From the NCBI GenBank assembly GCA_964632255.1, contig CAZWCA010000002.1, forward strand, positions 37,611 through 101,610: a DNA stretch of 64,000 nucleotides, in the 5' to 3' direction. Positions 7,850 through 16,560 of the stretch are shown here, in pieces. The notes under the pieces were generated by a model, which was not told where the DNA came from, did no database searches, and worked only from the letters and a program-made list of their open reading frames with translations. Origin of the DNA: an uncultured Smithella sp. (GTDB taxonomy: Bacteria; Desulfobacterota; Syntrophia; Syntrophales; Smithellaceae). Position 1 is the first letter of the stretch, and every line of letters begins with the position of its first letter. The position numbers and the translations under genes were made by a program.

Positions 7850-7925
7850 TGGTGGAGATGAGGGGGATCGAACCCCTGGCCTCGGCATTGCGAACGCCGC
7901 GCTCTCCCAGCTGAGCTACATCCCC
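7850..7925 (-). tRNA. tRNA-Ala (anticodon CGC), CCA encoded
   Basis: The reverse complement folds as a 76-nt cloverleaf: GGGGATGTAGCTCAGCTGGGAGAGCGCGGCGTTCGCAATGCCGAGGCCAGGGGTTCGATCCCCCTCATCTCCACCA. It has the G3:U70 Ala identity pair, the anticodon loop TTCGCAA, and the T-loop TTCGATC. Confidence 0.92.
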
Positions 7926-8090
7926 AAGCTTGTAACCTGCATGGAAAGTTCAAAGCATATATTATTGTCTGTCCCAGTGTCAAGGATTTGTTATGGCCGG
8001 TTTACTCTTTATTTACCGGCTTGGGATACCGGTCGATTTTGTTAAAAATGAATGTTTAAATATTGAAAATTATTATTTCTTATTCTTGCC

Positions 8091-8120
8091 TTGACAAATT
8101 TAGCTCAATTTCCCTATACT
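8091..8120 (+). promoter_or_regulatory. Sigma70-like promoter upstream of pilT
   Basis: TTGACA (8091-8096), an 18-nt spacer, then TATACT (8115-8120), about 100 nt upstream of the pilT ATG. Confidence 0.4.
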
Positions 8121-8221
8121 CGCCTCAATTTTTAGCCGGAAAAGCCGATGTAGTCTCTAACCACAGTCGCATTAAAGTTGTAAGTCTTATCGTAATAATT
8201 AACCTCTGAGGGAGTTTTACC

Positions 8222-9304
8222 ATGGCAAAAATTGATGCTTTTTTTCAGCTCTTGAATGAACAGGGTGCATCCGACCTTCATCTTGTAACCGGACAGCAGC
8301 CGGCGATGAGAATCCGGGGAGAAATTGAACGTATTAAGTTCGATATCCTGGATAATGATTCTCTTAAAGCTATGCTTTACGAAATTGCTCCGGAATACAA
8401 GGTCAAACAATTTGAAGAAACAGGCGATGTTGATTTTGCATATGAAATACCGGGGCTGGCCCGCTATCGTGCCAATTATTTCCAGCAAAAGTGGGGTGTG
8501 GCGGCGGTTTTTCGTGAAATTCCCAGCGAAATCATGACCTGTCAGCAGTTATCTTTACCCGATGTTATTGCTAAGCTGGCATTACTGCCCAGAGGGCTTG
8601 TCCTGGTCACGGGACCTACCGGCAGTGGTAAATCCACAACACTGGCGGCCATTATCAATGAAGCGAACAGATTACGCAAAGATCATATCATTACCATTGA
8701 AGATCCTATTGAATTTGTTCATAAAAGCCAGGGATGTATTGTCAACCACAGAGAAGTAGGCATGCATACAAAGACATTTTCGGCGGCTTTGCGCGGAGCC
8801 CTGCGTGAAGACCCCGATATTATTCTTGTCGGTGAAATGCGGGATTTGGAAACCATTAATCTGGCCATAGAGGCGGCATCTACCGGTCATCTTGTTTTCG
8901 GTACTTTGCACACAACCAGCGCGGCCAAAACTGTGGACAGAGTTATTGAAGTTTTTCCGGCCAATCAGCAGGCGCAAATTCGTTCAACCCTGGCCGACGG
9001 TATCCGTGCGGTTATTTGTCAGACGCTCTTTAAGCGCGTAGATAAAAAGGGGCGTTGTGCGGCCATGGAAATCCTCATCGCCACTTCGGCTGTCCGCAAC
9101 CTTATTCGTGAATCTAAAACCTTCCAGATTCCTTCAATGATTCAAACCGGTAAAAAGTACGGTATGCAGCTTCTTGACGATGCCATTTACGACCTTCTCA
9201 ATAAAGGTTGGATCAGCGGAGACGACGCCTATGCCAAATGCAATGATAAAAGTCGTTTCCGGCAGTTCCTCAAAAGTGCGCCGGCAGATTTTACGGAAGT
9301 ATAA
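8222..9304 (+). CDS. pilT: Type IV pilus retraction ATPase PilT
   Basis: 360 aa. The N-terminus MAKIDAFFQLLNEQGASDLHL is typical of PilT. Walker A is GPTGSGKST and Walker B is ILVGEMRD. His-box region is GHLVFGTLHT. Confidence 0.85.
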   Translation: MAKIDAFFQLLNEQGASDLHLVTGQQPAMRIRGEIERIKFDILDNDSLKAMLYEIAPEYKVKQFEETGDVDFAYEIPGLARYRANYFQQKWGVAAVFREIPSEIMTCQQLSLPDVIAKLALLPRGLVLVTGPTGSGKSTTLAAIINEANRLRKDHIITIEDPIEFVHKSQGCIVNHREVGMHTKTFSAALRGALREDPDIILVGEMRDLETINLAIEAASTGHLVFGTLHTTSAAKTVDRVIEVFPANQQAQIRSTLADGIRAVICQTLFKRVDKKGRCAAMEILIATSAVRNLIRESKTFQIPSMIQTGKKYGMQLLDDAIYDLLNKGWISGDDAYAKCNDKSRFRQFLKSAPADFTEV

Positions 9305-9355
9305 AACTGACAAAATTCTGATTCATACCAGGCATCTTTTAGACGGGAGTAGGCT

Positions 9356-10534
9356 ATGAGGAAACAGGAAATTGATTATATTCTGGGCAAGATGCTGGAT
9401 TCTCACAAAAATGTTTCCGATTTGAACATCACAGTCGGGAAACCTTTCCAGGTAGAGAGCTCCGGACAGTTGATGACTGTCGACATCGAACCGCCCTTTG
9501 ATAAACTTACGCCGTTTCAGACGGAAATATTCGCTTTAAACCTGATCGGTAATGACAGAAGGTTGACTCAAATACTTCTTACTCAGGGTTCTTGCGATTT
9601 ATCTTATGAACTTCCCGGCAAGGCGCGTTTCCGCGTTAATATTTTTTCCCAGCGCGGCAACTATTCCATTGTTTTAAGAAAACTGGAAACCAAGATACCG
9701 ACAATTGAAGATTTAAATCTTCCCGAGCCTTTTAAAAAAATGGCAGAGGAAAAAAACGGAATTATTCTGGTTACCGGTGCAACCGGCAGTGGTAAGTCGA
9801 CATCGCTTGCCGCCATGCTTGATGCGATAAATGAGACAAAAGCATGTCATATCATTACGCTGGAAGACCCGGTGGAATTCGGGCACACTCATAAAAAAGC
9901 TACTTTCAACCAGCGGGAAATGGGACAGGATTTTGATTCTTTTGCCAATGGATTGCGCGCAGCACTGAGGCAGGCACCGAAAGTAATCCTTGTCGGTGAA
10001 ATGCGCGACCGCGAAACAGTGGAAATCGGCATGTCGGCCGCGGAAACAGGCCATCTTGTCGTCAGTACTCTTCACACTGTTGATGCCGGTCAGACGATCA
10101 ATCGTATTCTGGGCATGTTTTCAATTGAAGAGGAAAAACAGATACGCATTCGTCTAGCTGACACTGTCCGCTGGATTGTCTGTCAGAGATTGCTGCCGAA
10201 AGAAGGGGGGGGCAGAATTGCCGCTTTTGAAATTATGGGCACAAATTTACGGATTAAAGATTCCATTCTGAATGGTGAGTCGGAAGGCAAGACTTTTTAC
10301 GAAATTATTCAGTCCTCCAAGGCATACGGGTGGGTGACCTTTGATGACTATATTGTTGATTTGTATAAACAGGGACTAATCAGTGAAGAGACAGCCAAAG
10401 CCTATGCTTCCAACAAAGGCATCGTGGGCAGGGGTATTGACTCCGTTAAGAGTTCACGCGGTGAGAAGACCACGGATCTGCTTGGAAAATTACAGGTTGA
10501 CACTGATTATGGTAAGCCGAAAAAGCCTTGGTAA
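9356..10534 (+). CDS. PilT/PilU-family hexameric ATPase (second paralogue)
   Basis: 392 aa with GATGSGKST, ILVGEMRDRET and GHLVVSTLHT. It has a C-terminal extension relative to the upstream PilT. Confidence 0.8.
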   Translation: MRKQEIDYILGKMLDSHKNVSDLNITVGKPFQVESSGQLMTVDIEPPFDKLTPFQTEIFALNLIGNDRRLTQILLTQGSCDLSYELPGKARFRVNIFSQRGNYSIVLRKLETKIPTIEDLNLPEPFKKMAEEKNGIILVTGATGSGKSTSLAAMLDAINETKACHIITLEDPVEFGHTHKKATFNQREMGQDFDSFANGLRAALRQAPKVILVGEMRDRETVEIGMSAAETGHLVVSTLHTVDAGQTINRILGMFSIEEEKQIRIRLADTVRWIVCQRLLPKEGGGRIAAFEIMGTNLRIKDSILNGESEGKTFYEIIQSSKAYGWVTFDDYIVDLYKQGLISEETAKAYASNKGIVGRGIDSVKSSRGEKTTDLLGKLQVDTDYGKPKKPW

Positions 10535-10551
10535 CAGGAGGAATTCAGGTT

Positions 10552-11067
10552 ATGGAAGAGAAAAAATCAGTTGCCGATGAAGTTACATCTATGAACTATG
10601 ATGCCGCGGGAGTTTCTTTTGATTTTATAGGCGTAAATAATGAAACCGTCCTGGTTTGTGAATCCGATGCAGCTTTAAAAGAAAAAATCACAAAATCCTT
10701 AGCGGATTTGAGCTATCATATTACGGAACCTGCTACCGACCGGGAAGCCTTGAAAAACATGCGGTTTCATACATATGATCTGATTGTGATCGATGAAAAC
10801 TTTGCAACGGAAGCGCAAGGCAATAATGAAGTCTTGAATTATTTACAGAATCTGTCCGCAGCCACGAGAAGAAATACAATGGTTACGCTGCTTTCGGATA
10901 ACCATCGCACTATGGATAATATGGCAGCCTTCAATAAAAGCGTAGATTTAGTTATCAATAAGAAAAATATCGATAACTTTGCCGCCATTATCAAGCGTGG
11001 GCTGGACGATAATAAATCTTTTTATAACGTTTATAGGGAAACCTTAAGGAAAACGGGCCGGATTTAG
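10552..11067 (+). CDS. Receiver-like (REC fold) single-domain protein in the pilT operon
   Basis: The ATG at 10552 follows AGGAGG, so the track start at 10528 is less likely. The beta-alpha pattern is VLVCESD ... YDLIVIDENF ... MVTLLS ... DLVINKK. The acidic pocket is only partly conserved. Confidence 0.5.
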   Translation: MEEKKSVADEVTSMNYDAAGVSFDFIGVNNETVLVCESDAALKEKITKSLADLSYHITEPATDREALKNMRFHTYDLIVIDENFATEAQGNNEVLNYLQNLSAATRRNTMVTLLSDNHRTMDNMAAFNKSVDLVINKKNIDNFAAIIKRGLDDNKSFYNVYRETLRKTGRI

Positions 11068-11083
11068 AAGTCTTCTAAAATTG

Positions 11084-11119
11084 CTAAGGCGGTGAGCCTA
11101 TTGCTGCTCGCCGCCTTAG
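11084..11119. terminator. Long hairpin between convergent genes (probable bidirectional terminator)
   Basis: CTAAGGCGGTGAGC-ctattgct-GCTCGCCGCCTTAG forms a 14-bp stem with one G-U pair. The T-rich tract appears only on the minus-strand reading. Confidence 0.45.
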
Positions 11120-11149
11120 CAGGCTGTTGACCGGGAGCGCATACTAATT

Positions 11150-12064
11150 TTATCTTTTCTTCCCGGTATCATCTGCTATGTCCAGCAAACCCAGTGCTTT
11201 ATATGAAAGGGCGAGGTGCCGGGTATAAACCGGATTGCCGGGCTCTATTGCCAAGGCTTTCTTAAAGGCTTCCATTGCTTCCCGATGATGATTCAGCCGG
11301 GCAAGTATATTACCGAATCGGTTATAATATGCACCGGCACCGGAATTGTCGTAGTGCGCGGCTTTTTCGTATTCCAACCGCGCATCACTGATTCGCCCCA
11401 AGCCGACCAGGGCATCGCCCAGGCAGCAATGATACAGGGGATTAGACGGTTTTTCCGCAATACAGGCATCGAGCAATCTTTTTGCATCTGCATAATTCCC
11501 TTTTTTATCATATAAATCGGCAATCCTATAATAGTATCGGTCGGCTTGGTCCGAATCTATTTTGCCCGCCTGCAGATAGGCGGCTTCACTTTCGTTGGTT
11601 TTACCGTCGGCGAACAAAGCTTCTCCCAGGAGGCAGTAAAAAGAGGTGTTATCATTTTCCAACTCAACCAGCTTTTCAAAAGTGCGGCAGGCATCTCCTG
11701 TACGTTCAGCCAAAAGATAAGCATTACCCAGTTCGGAAAGCAGGCATACATCTTCCGGCTGGCGGGCAATGGCGGTTGCACAAATTTCCACAAGCCTGCT
11801 GAAATTTTTTTCCTGTTTATAAATGCGCACCAGTTCGTCAAAAGCAAATCCCGTAAATATTTTTCTTTGCAGTTCCCGATCAAGCAGGATTTCCAGGTAT
11901 TCTACAGCTTTCGCCGTCGCGCCGCTGTCGAGATGAGCCCAGGCAAGCCGCAGCAAAATTGATTCTTCCCCGGGATATTCCTGCTTAAGTTCTTCCAAAA
12001 GCGAAATGGCCTCCGAATATTTCTCTTCATTCAGAAACTTATCCGCCATATCTATTCTTTCCAT
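11150..12064 (-). CDS. Tetratricopeptide-repeat protein
   Basis: 304 aa of repeated A-x-x-x-Y/F-x-x-A-hydrophobic TPR units, such as AKAVEYLEILL, AEAAYLQAGKI and AMEAFKKALAIEPGNP. Confidence 0.8.
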   Translation of the reverse strand: MERIDMADKFLNEEKYSEAISLLEELKQEYPGEESILLRLAWAHLDSGATAKAVEYLEILLDRELQRKIFTGFAFDELVRIYKQEKNFSRLVEICATAIARQPEDVCLLSELGNAYLLAERTGDACRTFEKLVELENDNTSFYCLLGEALFADGKTNESEAAYLQAGKIDSDQADRYYYRIADLYDKKGNYADAKRLLDACIAEKPSNPLYHCCLGDALVGLGRISDARLEYEKAAHYDNSGAGAYYNRFGNILARLNHHREAMEAFKKALAIEPGNPVYTRHLALSYKALGLLDIADDTGKKR

Positions 12065-12079
12065 TTTTCACCTTAAAAC

Positions 12080-12111
12080 AGAGAAAAAAGAGGGGGAGAA
12101 TAATCTCCCCC
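12080..12111 (-). terminator. Rho-independent terminator after the HesB-like gene
   Basis: The minus strand reads GGGGGAGA-TTAT-TCTCCCCC followed by TCTTTTTTCT, starting 6 nt after the TGA stop. Confidence 0.7.
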
Positions 12112-12117
12112 GAGAGT

Positions 12118-12435
12118 TCAACAACCGCTGCACGATGATCCGCAGCCTCCTTCCGCCTTTGGCAGAGCGGAAGTCAATTGAAATCCTGAACCACGCGGCG
12201 TTTCGATAAAATCTACACTAATCGGCTGTGCCTGATTAAGGAGGTCCTTATCAATGACGAATTTGATGCCTTTTTCGTCGATCATCTGATCTTCATCTTT
12301 AGGCTCATCCAGAGCCATGCCCAGAGCGGGCCCGCAACATCCCATGGATATTGTAATTCTAATCGCGGAATTTTCATCTTTATCTTTGAGAAATTCCTTG
12401 ATTACTTCGGATGCTTTATCTGTAACTGTGAACAT
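12118..12435 (-). CDS. HesB/IscA-like small protein with a Cys-rich C-terminal tail
   Basis: 105 aa. The N-terminus MFTVTDKASEVIKEFL... and the blocks IRITISMGCCGP and FVIDKDLL resemble the HesB/IscA fold. The tail is GGCGSSCSGC. Confidence 0.55.
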   Translation of the reverse strand: MFTVTDKASEVIKEFLKDKDENSAIRITISMGCCGPALGMALDEPKDEDQMIDEKGIKFVIDKDLLNQAQPISVDFIETPRGSGFQLTSALPKAEGGCGSSCSGC

Positions 12436-12617
12436 TAATTAACCCCTTTCTCGGATTGTCTTGATTAACAGACTTTTCCGTAACTTATCCATAATCAAAG
12501 TATTGTCAATTACAATTTTTGTCCGGTGCATAATGTAGCGATAATTTTAATGTTCCATTGACATTTAAAGCTTCCCTCGCATATATTACGCGACAATCAA
12601 ACTACGGGGGTATTTCC

Positions 12618-14312
12618 ATGAAGAAGATTTTCCTGTTGATTTTGTTGGCCGCAGTATTAACGGCAATTCCCTCTTTTGCCGAAAATTTTGTAGTGAATGG
12701 CGATATGTCGTCGGCGATTCATTACGAATTGCAGCAGCAGATAACGGCGGGCGACGCCATGCGTAAGCTTTCCGTAAGTTTTGTCCTCCCCCAGAGTTTT
12801 AAATCTCCGACTTACGGCCAGCAGATTTCAAACTTAAAGGTGTCATTTTCGCCGGAGGCCGATGAAAGACAGACATTAACGGATAAGCGCGGCAACAGCA
12901 CGGTTCTGGCTACCTGGAAGAATGTCCCCGACAGAGTTAACGCCGTTATTTCCTTTGATGCTGCGAATCGTACAGGTTTGAAAACCATTGAAACCACTGC
13001 TCCCTTCCCGCTTGCCTCAATTCCTTCCGATATGAATGATTATTTGAAAGCTACCGCACAAGTACAAATGGATAATCAGGAAATTCAAAAACTTTCTCTG
13101 CAATTAACGAAAAATGTCAAAACCCAGTTCGATGCCGTTCAGCGGGTTGTTTCCTGGGTGGTGGATAATGTGCGTTATGTTAATCCGCCGGTTAAGTATG
13201 ATGCCCTTTATTCTCTTGAATCAGGCAAAGGGAATTGTCAGAACTTTTCCCATCTTGCCGCAGCTCTTTTACGTGCAGCCGGGATTCCCGTGCGTATTGT
13301 CAACGGCGTTACTTTGAATCAACCTTTTGATATCGCCTGGGCAAAAGGAACGCTTACATTTAAAATGGGTCAAGGCAGGCATTCCTGGATTGAAGTATGG
13401 TTTCCCGATAACGGCTGGGTGCCCTATGATCCGCAAAATATGCAGCTTTTCGTTTCCAATCGCTTTGTTCGTATCGAGGTTGGCGTAGATAATAATGAAA
13501 CCAGGAATGACGGCTTGGTGCGCTGGTCACAAACAAGCGATGCCCGTACCAAACCGAAATTGCAGGAGATGATCGATGCCAACTTCGTTTCCGATTCCGT
13601 CAAATTTAAGGGAACCCGCCAGAGCTACGGTCCGAAAAATCTGCTCCTGGGACCGGCGGTGAAAGCGGAATTTAAGAAGATTGAAGTACCTCCACCGCCG
13701 CCTCCTGTTGTCATACCGGAGGATAAAAAGAAATCATTGCAATATACTGTCCCCTTCGTCTACGGGAACCTGGATTTTCCGGAAAATATCGATTTTGCTT
13801 TCCCCCGCTCCACTTCCGCTTCCGGTGCCGACAACTATGAAATGTCCCGGAGCTTTCTGGTGGAAACAGCCGAATATGTTACGACCAAAGCTACACAATA
13901 TGCACAGGTCGTGGTTTTAAAGAAGCCTGTTAAACTGCAAAATGTTGCTTTGGCGCTTCATAAATTCGGCGGTGAGGGATGGCTCTGGGTCGATATTTTC
14001 CGGGACGATCAAGGCAAGCCCGGCGCTCCTCTTTATACAAGCGAGATGATCAGTCTGGATCAGTTTTCGATGAAGCCCGGTTACCGCTGGGCCAATTTTG
14101 ATTTTCAGAAAGATTCTCCGGTCTTAATGCCCGGCTCTTACTGGATCGCCCTTGGCTTCTCCGGCAGTCCGATTATTAACTGGTTTTATACTTACGGTAA
14201 ACCGGTGGGTCCTGTTTACGGAACCCGTTATAAAGGAGTCTTTCAGGATGACTGGAGTGGTGCGCTCTCTTATGAATTTAATTACCGGGTTTCGGGATTG
14301 ACAATTAAATAG
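12618..14312 (+). CDS. Secreted transglutaminase-like cysteine protease-fold protein
   Basis: The ATG at 12618 yields the signal peptide MKKIFLLILLAAVLTAIPSFA. The transglutaminase core triad context is GKGNCQNFSHL ... GRHSWIEVWF ... WVPYDP. The C-terminal ~200 aa are uncharacterised. Confidence 0.75.
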   Translation: MKKIFLLILLAAVLTAIPSFAENFVVNGDMSSAIHYELQQQITAGDAMRKLSVSFVLPQSFKSPTYGQQISNLKVSFSPEADERQTLTDKRGNSTVLATWKNVPDRVNAVISFDAANRTGLKTIETTAPFPLASIPSDMNDYLKATAQVQMDNQEIQKLSLQLTKNVKTQFDAVQRVVSWVVDNVRYVNPPVKYDALYSLESGKGNCQNFSHLAAALLRAAGIPVRIVNGVTLNQPFDIAWAKGTLTFKMGQGRHSWIEVWFPDNGWVPYDPQNMQLFVSNRFVRIEVGVDNNETRNDGLVRWSQTSDARTKPKLQEMIDANFVSDSVKFKGTRQSYGPKNLLLGPAVKAEFKKIEVPPPPPPVVIPEDKKKSLQYTVPFVYGNLDFPENIDFAFPRSTSASGADNYEMSRSFLVETAEYVTTKATQYAQVVVLKKPVKLQNVALALHKFGGEGWLWVDIFRDDQGKPGAPLYTSEMISLDQFSMKPGYRWANFDFQKDSPVLMPGSYWIALGFSGSPIINWFYTYGKPVGPVYGTRYKGVFQDDWSGALSYEFNYRVSGLTIK

Positions 14313-14327
14313 TTTTCAATTTGGAGT

Positions 14328-14351
14328 GCGGCGTCACGACGCCGCTTTATT
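14328..14351 (+). terminator. Rho-independent terminator
   Basis: GCGGCGTC..GACGCCGC hairpin followed by TTTATT, 15 nt after the stop. Confidence 0.6.
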
Positions 14352-14363
14352 CGATGTAATTCA

Positions 14364-14395
14364 AATGAAAAAGGCAGAGCCATGCGGCCCTGCCT
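14364..14395 (-). terminator. Rho-independent terminator of the PEP-CTERM gene
   Basis: The minus strand reads AGGCAG-ggccgcatggct-CTGCCT followed by TTTTTCATTT. Confidence 0.55.
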
Positions 14396-14413
14396 TTATT
14401 TAAAATAAAACAT

Positions 14414-15133
14414 TTAGAATTGATATTTTCTCTTTATTCCCGCCAGACCAATCAATCCAAGGCCAAGGAAAAATATTGTTGCCGGTTCGGATACGGCCGC
14501 TACGGTAGTTGATGAGATTCCGGAAATTTTCATGACCATATCATCATAATCTCTATCTCCACCCCCTAAGAGATCCTCCATGCCAAGCCACCATTCGTTT
14601 TCGTTAGTCTTGCTCTTGTAAGCGAGTATGTGGCCAAGCTTATCGGAATTTAATGAGTCGTCGGAGTAGAATGTACCCTGCGGGCTGGTAATGTAGTAGC
14701 CAAATGTTTTGCCGAAGTTTGCAATCGCCGGCGCACCGCTTACATTGTTTACATACACATCGTTGCCCACCCAAATAACTGCTGTATTGCTGTTGGCTGA
14801 CGCCGCTCCGGAGAAAATCTGAATTTTTTTCGAAGTGTCGCCATATGCATAAATACCGAATACATTTGATTTCGCAAAACCCGCGCCTTCATAGAATAAA
14901 AGAGCCGAGATATTGCTTGGATCTTGACCTGTTGTCTGGAAATAACCGGCTGAATACTGATCGGTTGTTGCGTTAATACCAAGGTCTTGTGTCTGTAGTT
15001 TGCTTAAGTTGCCGTCAAAAAAGCTCTGTAACGAAGTAAGATTACCCGTTACAGGTCTTATGTTGTCCGCACGCGCCAACCCACTTCCAAAGGAAATGAG
15101 CAGCGCTAATAAAACAAGACTTACTTTCTTCAT
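14414..15133 (-). CDS. PEP-CTERM-anchored secreted protein with a DUF4114-like domain
   Basis: The signal peptide is MKKVSLVLLALLISFGSGLARA. The C-terminus VSEPATIFFLGLGLIGLAGIKRKYQF shows the PEP-CTERM pattern of motif, TM helix and basic tail. GGGDRDYDDMVMKISG resembles DUF4114. Confidence 0.8.
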   Translation of the reverse strand: MKKVSLVLLALLISFGSGLARADNIRPVTGNLTSLQSFFDGNLSKLQTQDLGINATTDQYSAGYFQTTGQDPSNISALLFYEGAGFAKSNVFGIYAYGDTSKKIQIFSGAASANSNTAVIWVGNDVYVNNVSGAPAIANFGKTFGYYITSPQGTFYSDDSLNSDKLGHILAYKSKTNENEWWLGMEDLLGGGDRDYDDMVMKISGISSTTVAAVSEPATIFFLGLGLIGLAGIKRKYQF

Positions 15134-15712
15134 AAATACCTCCTTTATTTATTTTTTTACCAATTTTTTGCATATAATATGCCTTTGTTAATAACCTATT
15201 TAAATTATTGATATATTGAGCTCGGAAGTTCACGTGACATGTGCTTTAAATAAAAAAATTGTAAATGAGTTCGACAAAGGAAAATGTGAAAAATGATAAC
15301 AAAGTTAGACAGATATCGAGTACGATCAAAATGAAGAAAGAGTTCCAATGATTAGTATTTAAAAATAAAGAACTTTGCCTGAAAATATTCTATGACAAAG
15401 TAAAATCCGGATGAGATAAGAACATTCATCCGCAAAGGACTGACTGTAAAATTTTTACTTAATAAAATTTAGATCAAAGTGTGCATTGTATACTTTTGAT
15501 TTACTTATAAAAAAATTATACAAGTTTATTAAAAAAGATATAACTTCGAAGTTTTAATAAATTATAATATTTTTTGGAGGGTGGATGTTTAAAAAGAAAA
15601 TGGATTCGGTGAGATAGAGAGGTGAAATCTCTCCGGGTCAAAAAATGAAAGAGATTTCTCCTCGATATTAATTTGTTATTCAAAAATTTATTAAGAAAAT
15701 GGAGAAATCATT

Positions 15713-16450
15713 ATGCACGATAAAAGCTGGAAAGTATTTTTTAAAGACGAAGCACCGCGCTACCTGGATAACTGCTTCACGAAAAATACGGAGTTTGAAG
15801 TAGGATTCATTATCAATGAGCTTGATCTTCAAGGCGGGGAACATATCCTCGATATCGGATGCGGTACCGGCAGGCACTCGCTGGGGCTTGCCGCAAAAGA
15901 GATGAAAGTAACCGGGATAGACCTCTCTCCTGATATGCTGACTATTGCCAGGGAAAAGGGCGAAAAAGAAAAACTCGATGTGGAGTTTATTGAGGGCGAC
16001 GCTTCAAAGATAAGGCTGGAAAAGAAGTTTGATCATGCAATATGCATCTGCGAAGGAGGCTTTGGCCTGCATGAAAAGGGTGAGGAGCCGATCGGCTTTA
16101 ATCTCGGTATTCTAAGAAATGTGAACAGCATGCTTAAGCCGGGCGGGAAACTTTTAATGACTGTTCTGAACGGTTATAAAAAGATAAGAGAGCATTCCGA
16201 CGAAGATATTGCCAAGGGGATTTTCGACCCGGAAACGTTAACAACCGCATACAAAATAAAACTCGGCGACGGGAAGGCGGTCACGCTTTGCGAGAAAGGT
16301 TTTCTACCGAACGAGCTTGAATGTATGCTTAGTGAGTCGGGCTTCCGGCTGCTGTATCTTTGGGGAGGCACGGCAGGTTCATGGAATAAGGAGCCTCTCA
16401 AACTTGATGAATATGAAATAATGGTAATTGCGGAAAAAAGTAAGGTTTAA
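15713..16450 (+). CDS. Class I SAM-dependent methyltransferase
   Basis: Motif I is ILDIGCGTGRHSL and post-I is VTGIDLS. The LKPGGKLLM motif is present. Confidence 0.8.
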   Translation: MHDKSWKVFFKDEAPRYLDNCFTKNTEFEVGFIINELDLQGGEHILDIGCGTGRHSLGLAAKEMKVTGIDLSPDMLTIAREKGEKEKLDVEFIEGDASKIRLEKKFDHAICICEGGFGLHEKGEEPIGFNLGILRNVNSMLKPGGKLLMTVLNGYKKIREHSDEDIAKGIFDPETLTTAYKIKLGDGKAVTLCEKGFLPNELECMLSESGFRLLYLWGGTAGSWNKEPLKLDEYEIMVIAEKSKV

Positions 16451-16467
16451 AATTTTTTAAATTAAAA

Positions 16468-16500
16468 AGGCCGTCATTCATGGCGGCCTTTTTTCGTTTT
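16468..16500. terminator. Bidirectional terminator between convergent genes
   Basis: AGGCCG-tcattcatgg-CGGCCT is flanked by AAAAA on the 5' side and TTTTTCGTTTT on the 3' side. Confidence 0.6.
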
Positions 16501-16560
16501 TAAAACCCATATGCCGGGAAATAATTTAAAAGGACAATTCAAAAGGTTAAATATTAAATA

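Noticed and set aside
7675-7983. N-terminal two-thirds of the 203-aa track ORF 7372..7983
   Set aside because: It reads antisense through tRNA-Ala and through the repeat region (the duplicated RRYPH is just the translated TGCGGGTAT repeats). Only the last 100 codons (7674-7372) are integrase-like.
12115-12120. TGA at the end of the Cys-rich HesB-like gene as possible selenocysteine or read-through
   Set aside because: A strong rho-independent terminator begins 6 nt downstream. No extended frame or SECIS-like hairpin follows the TGA.
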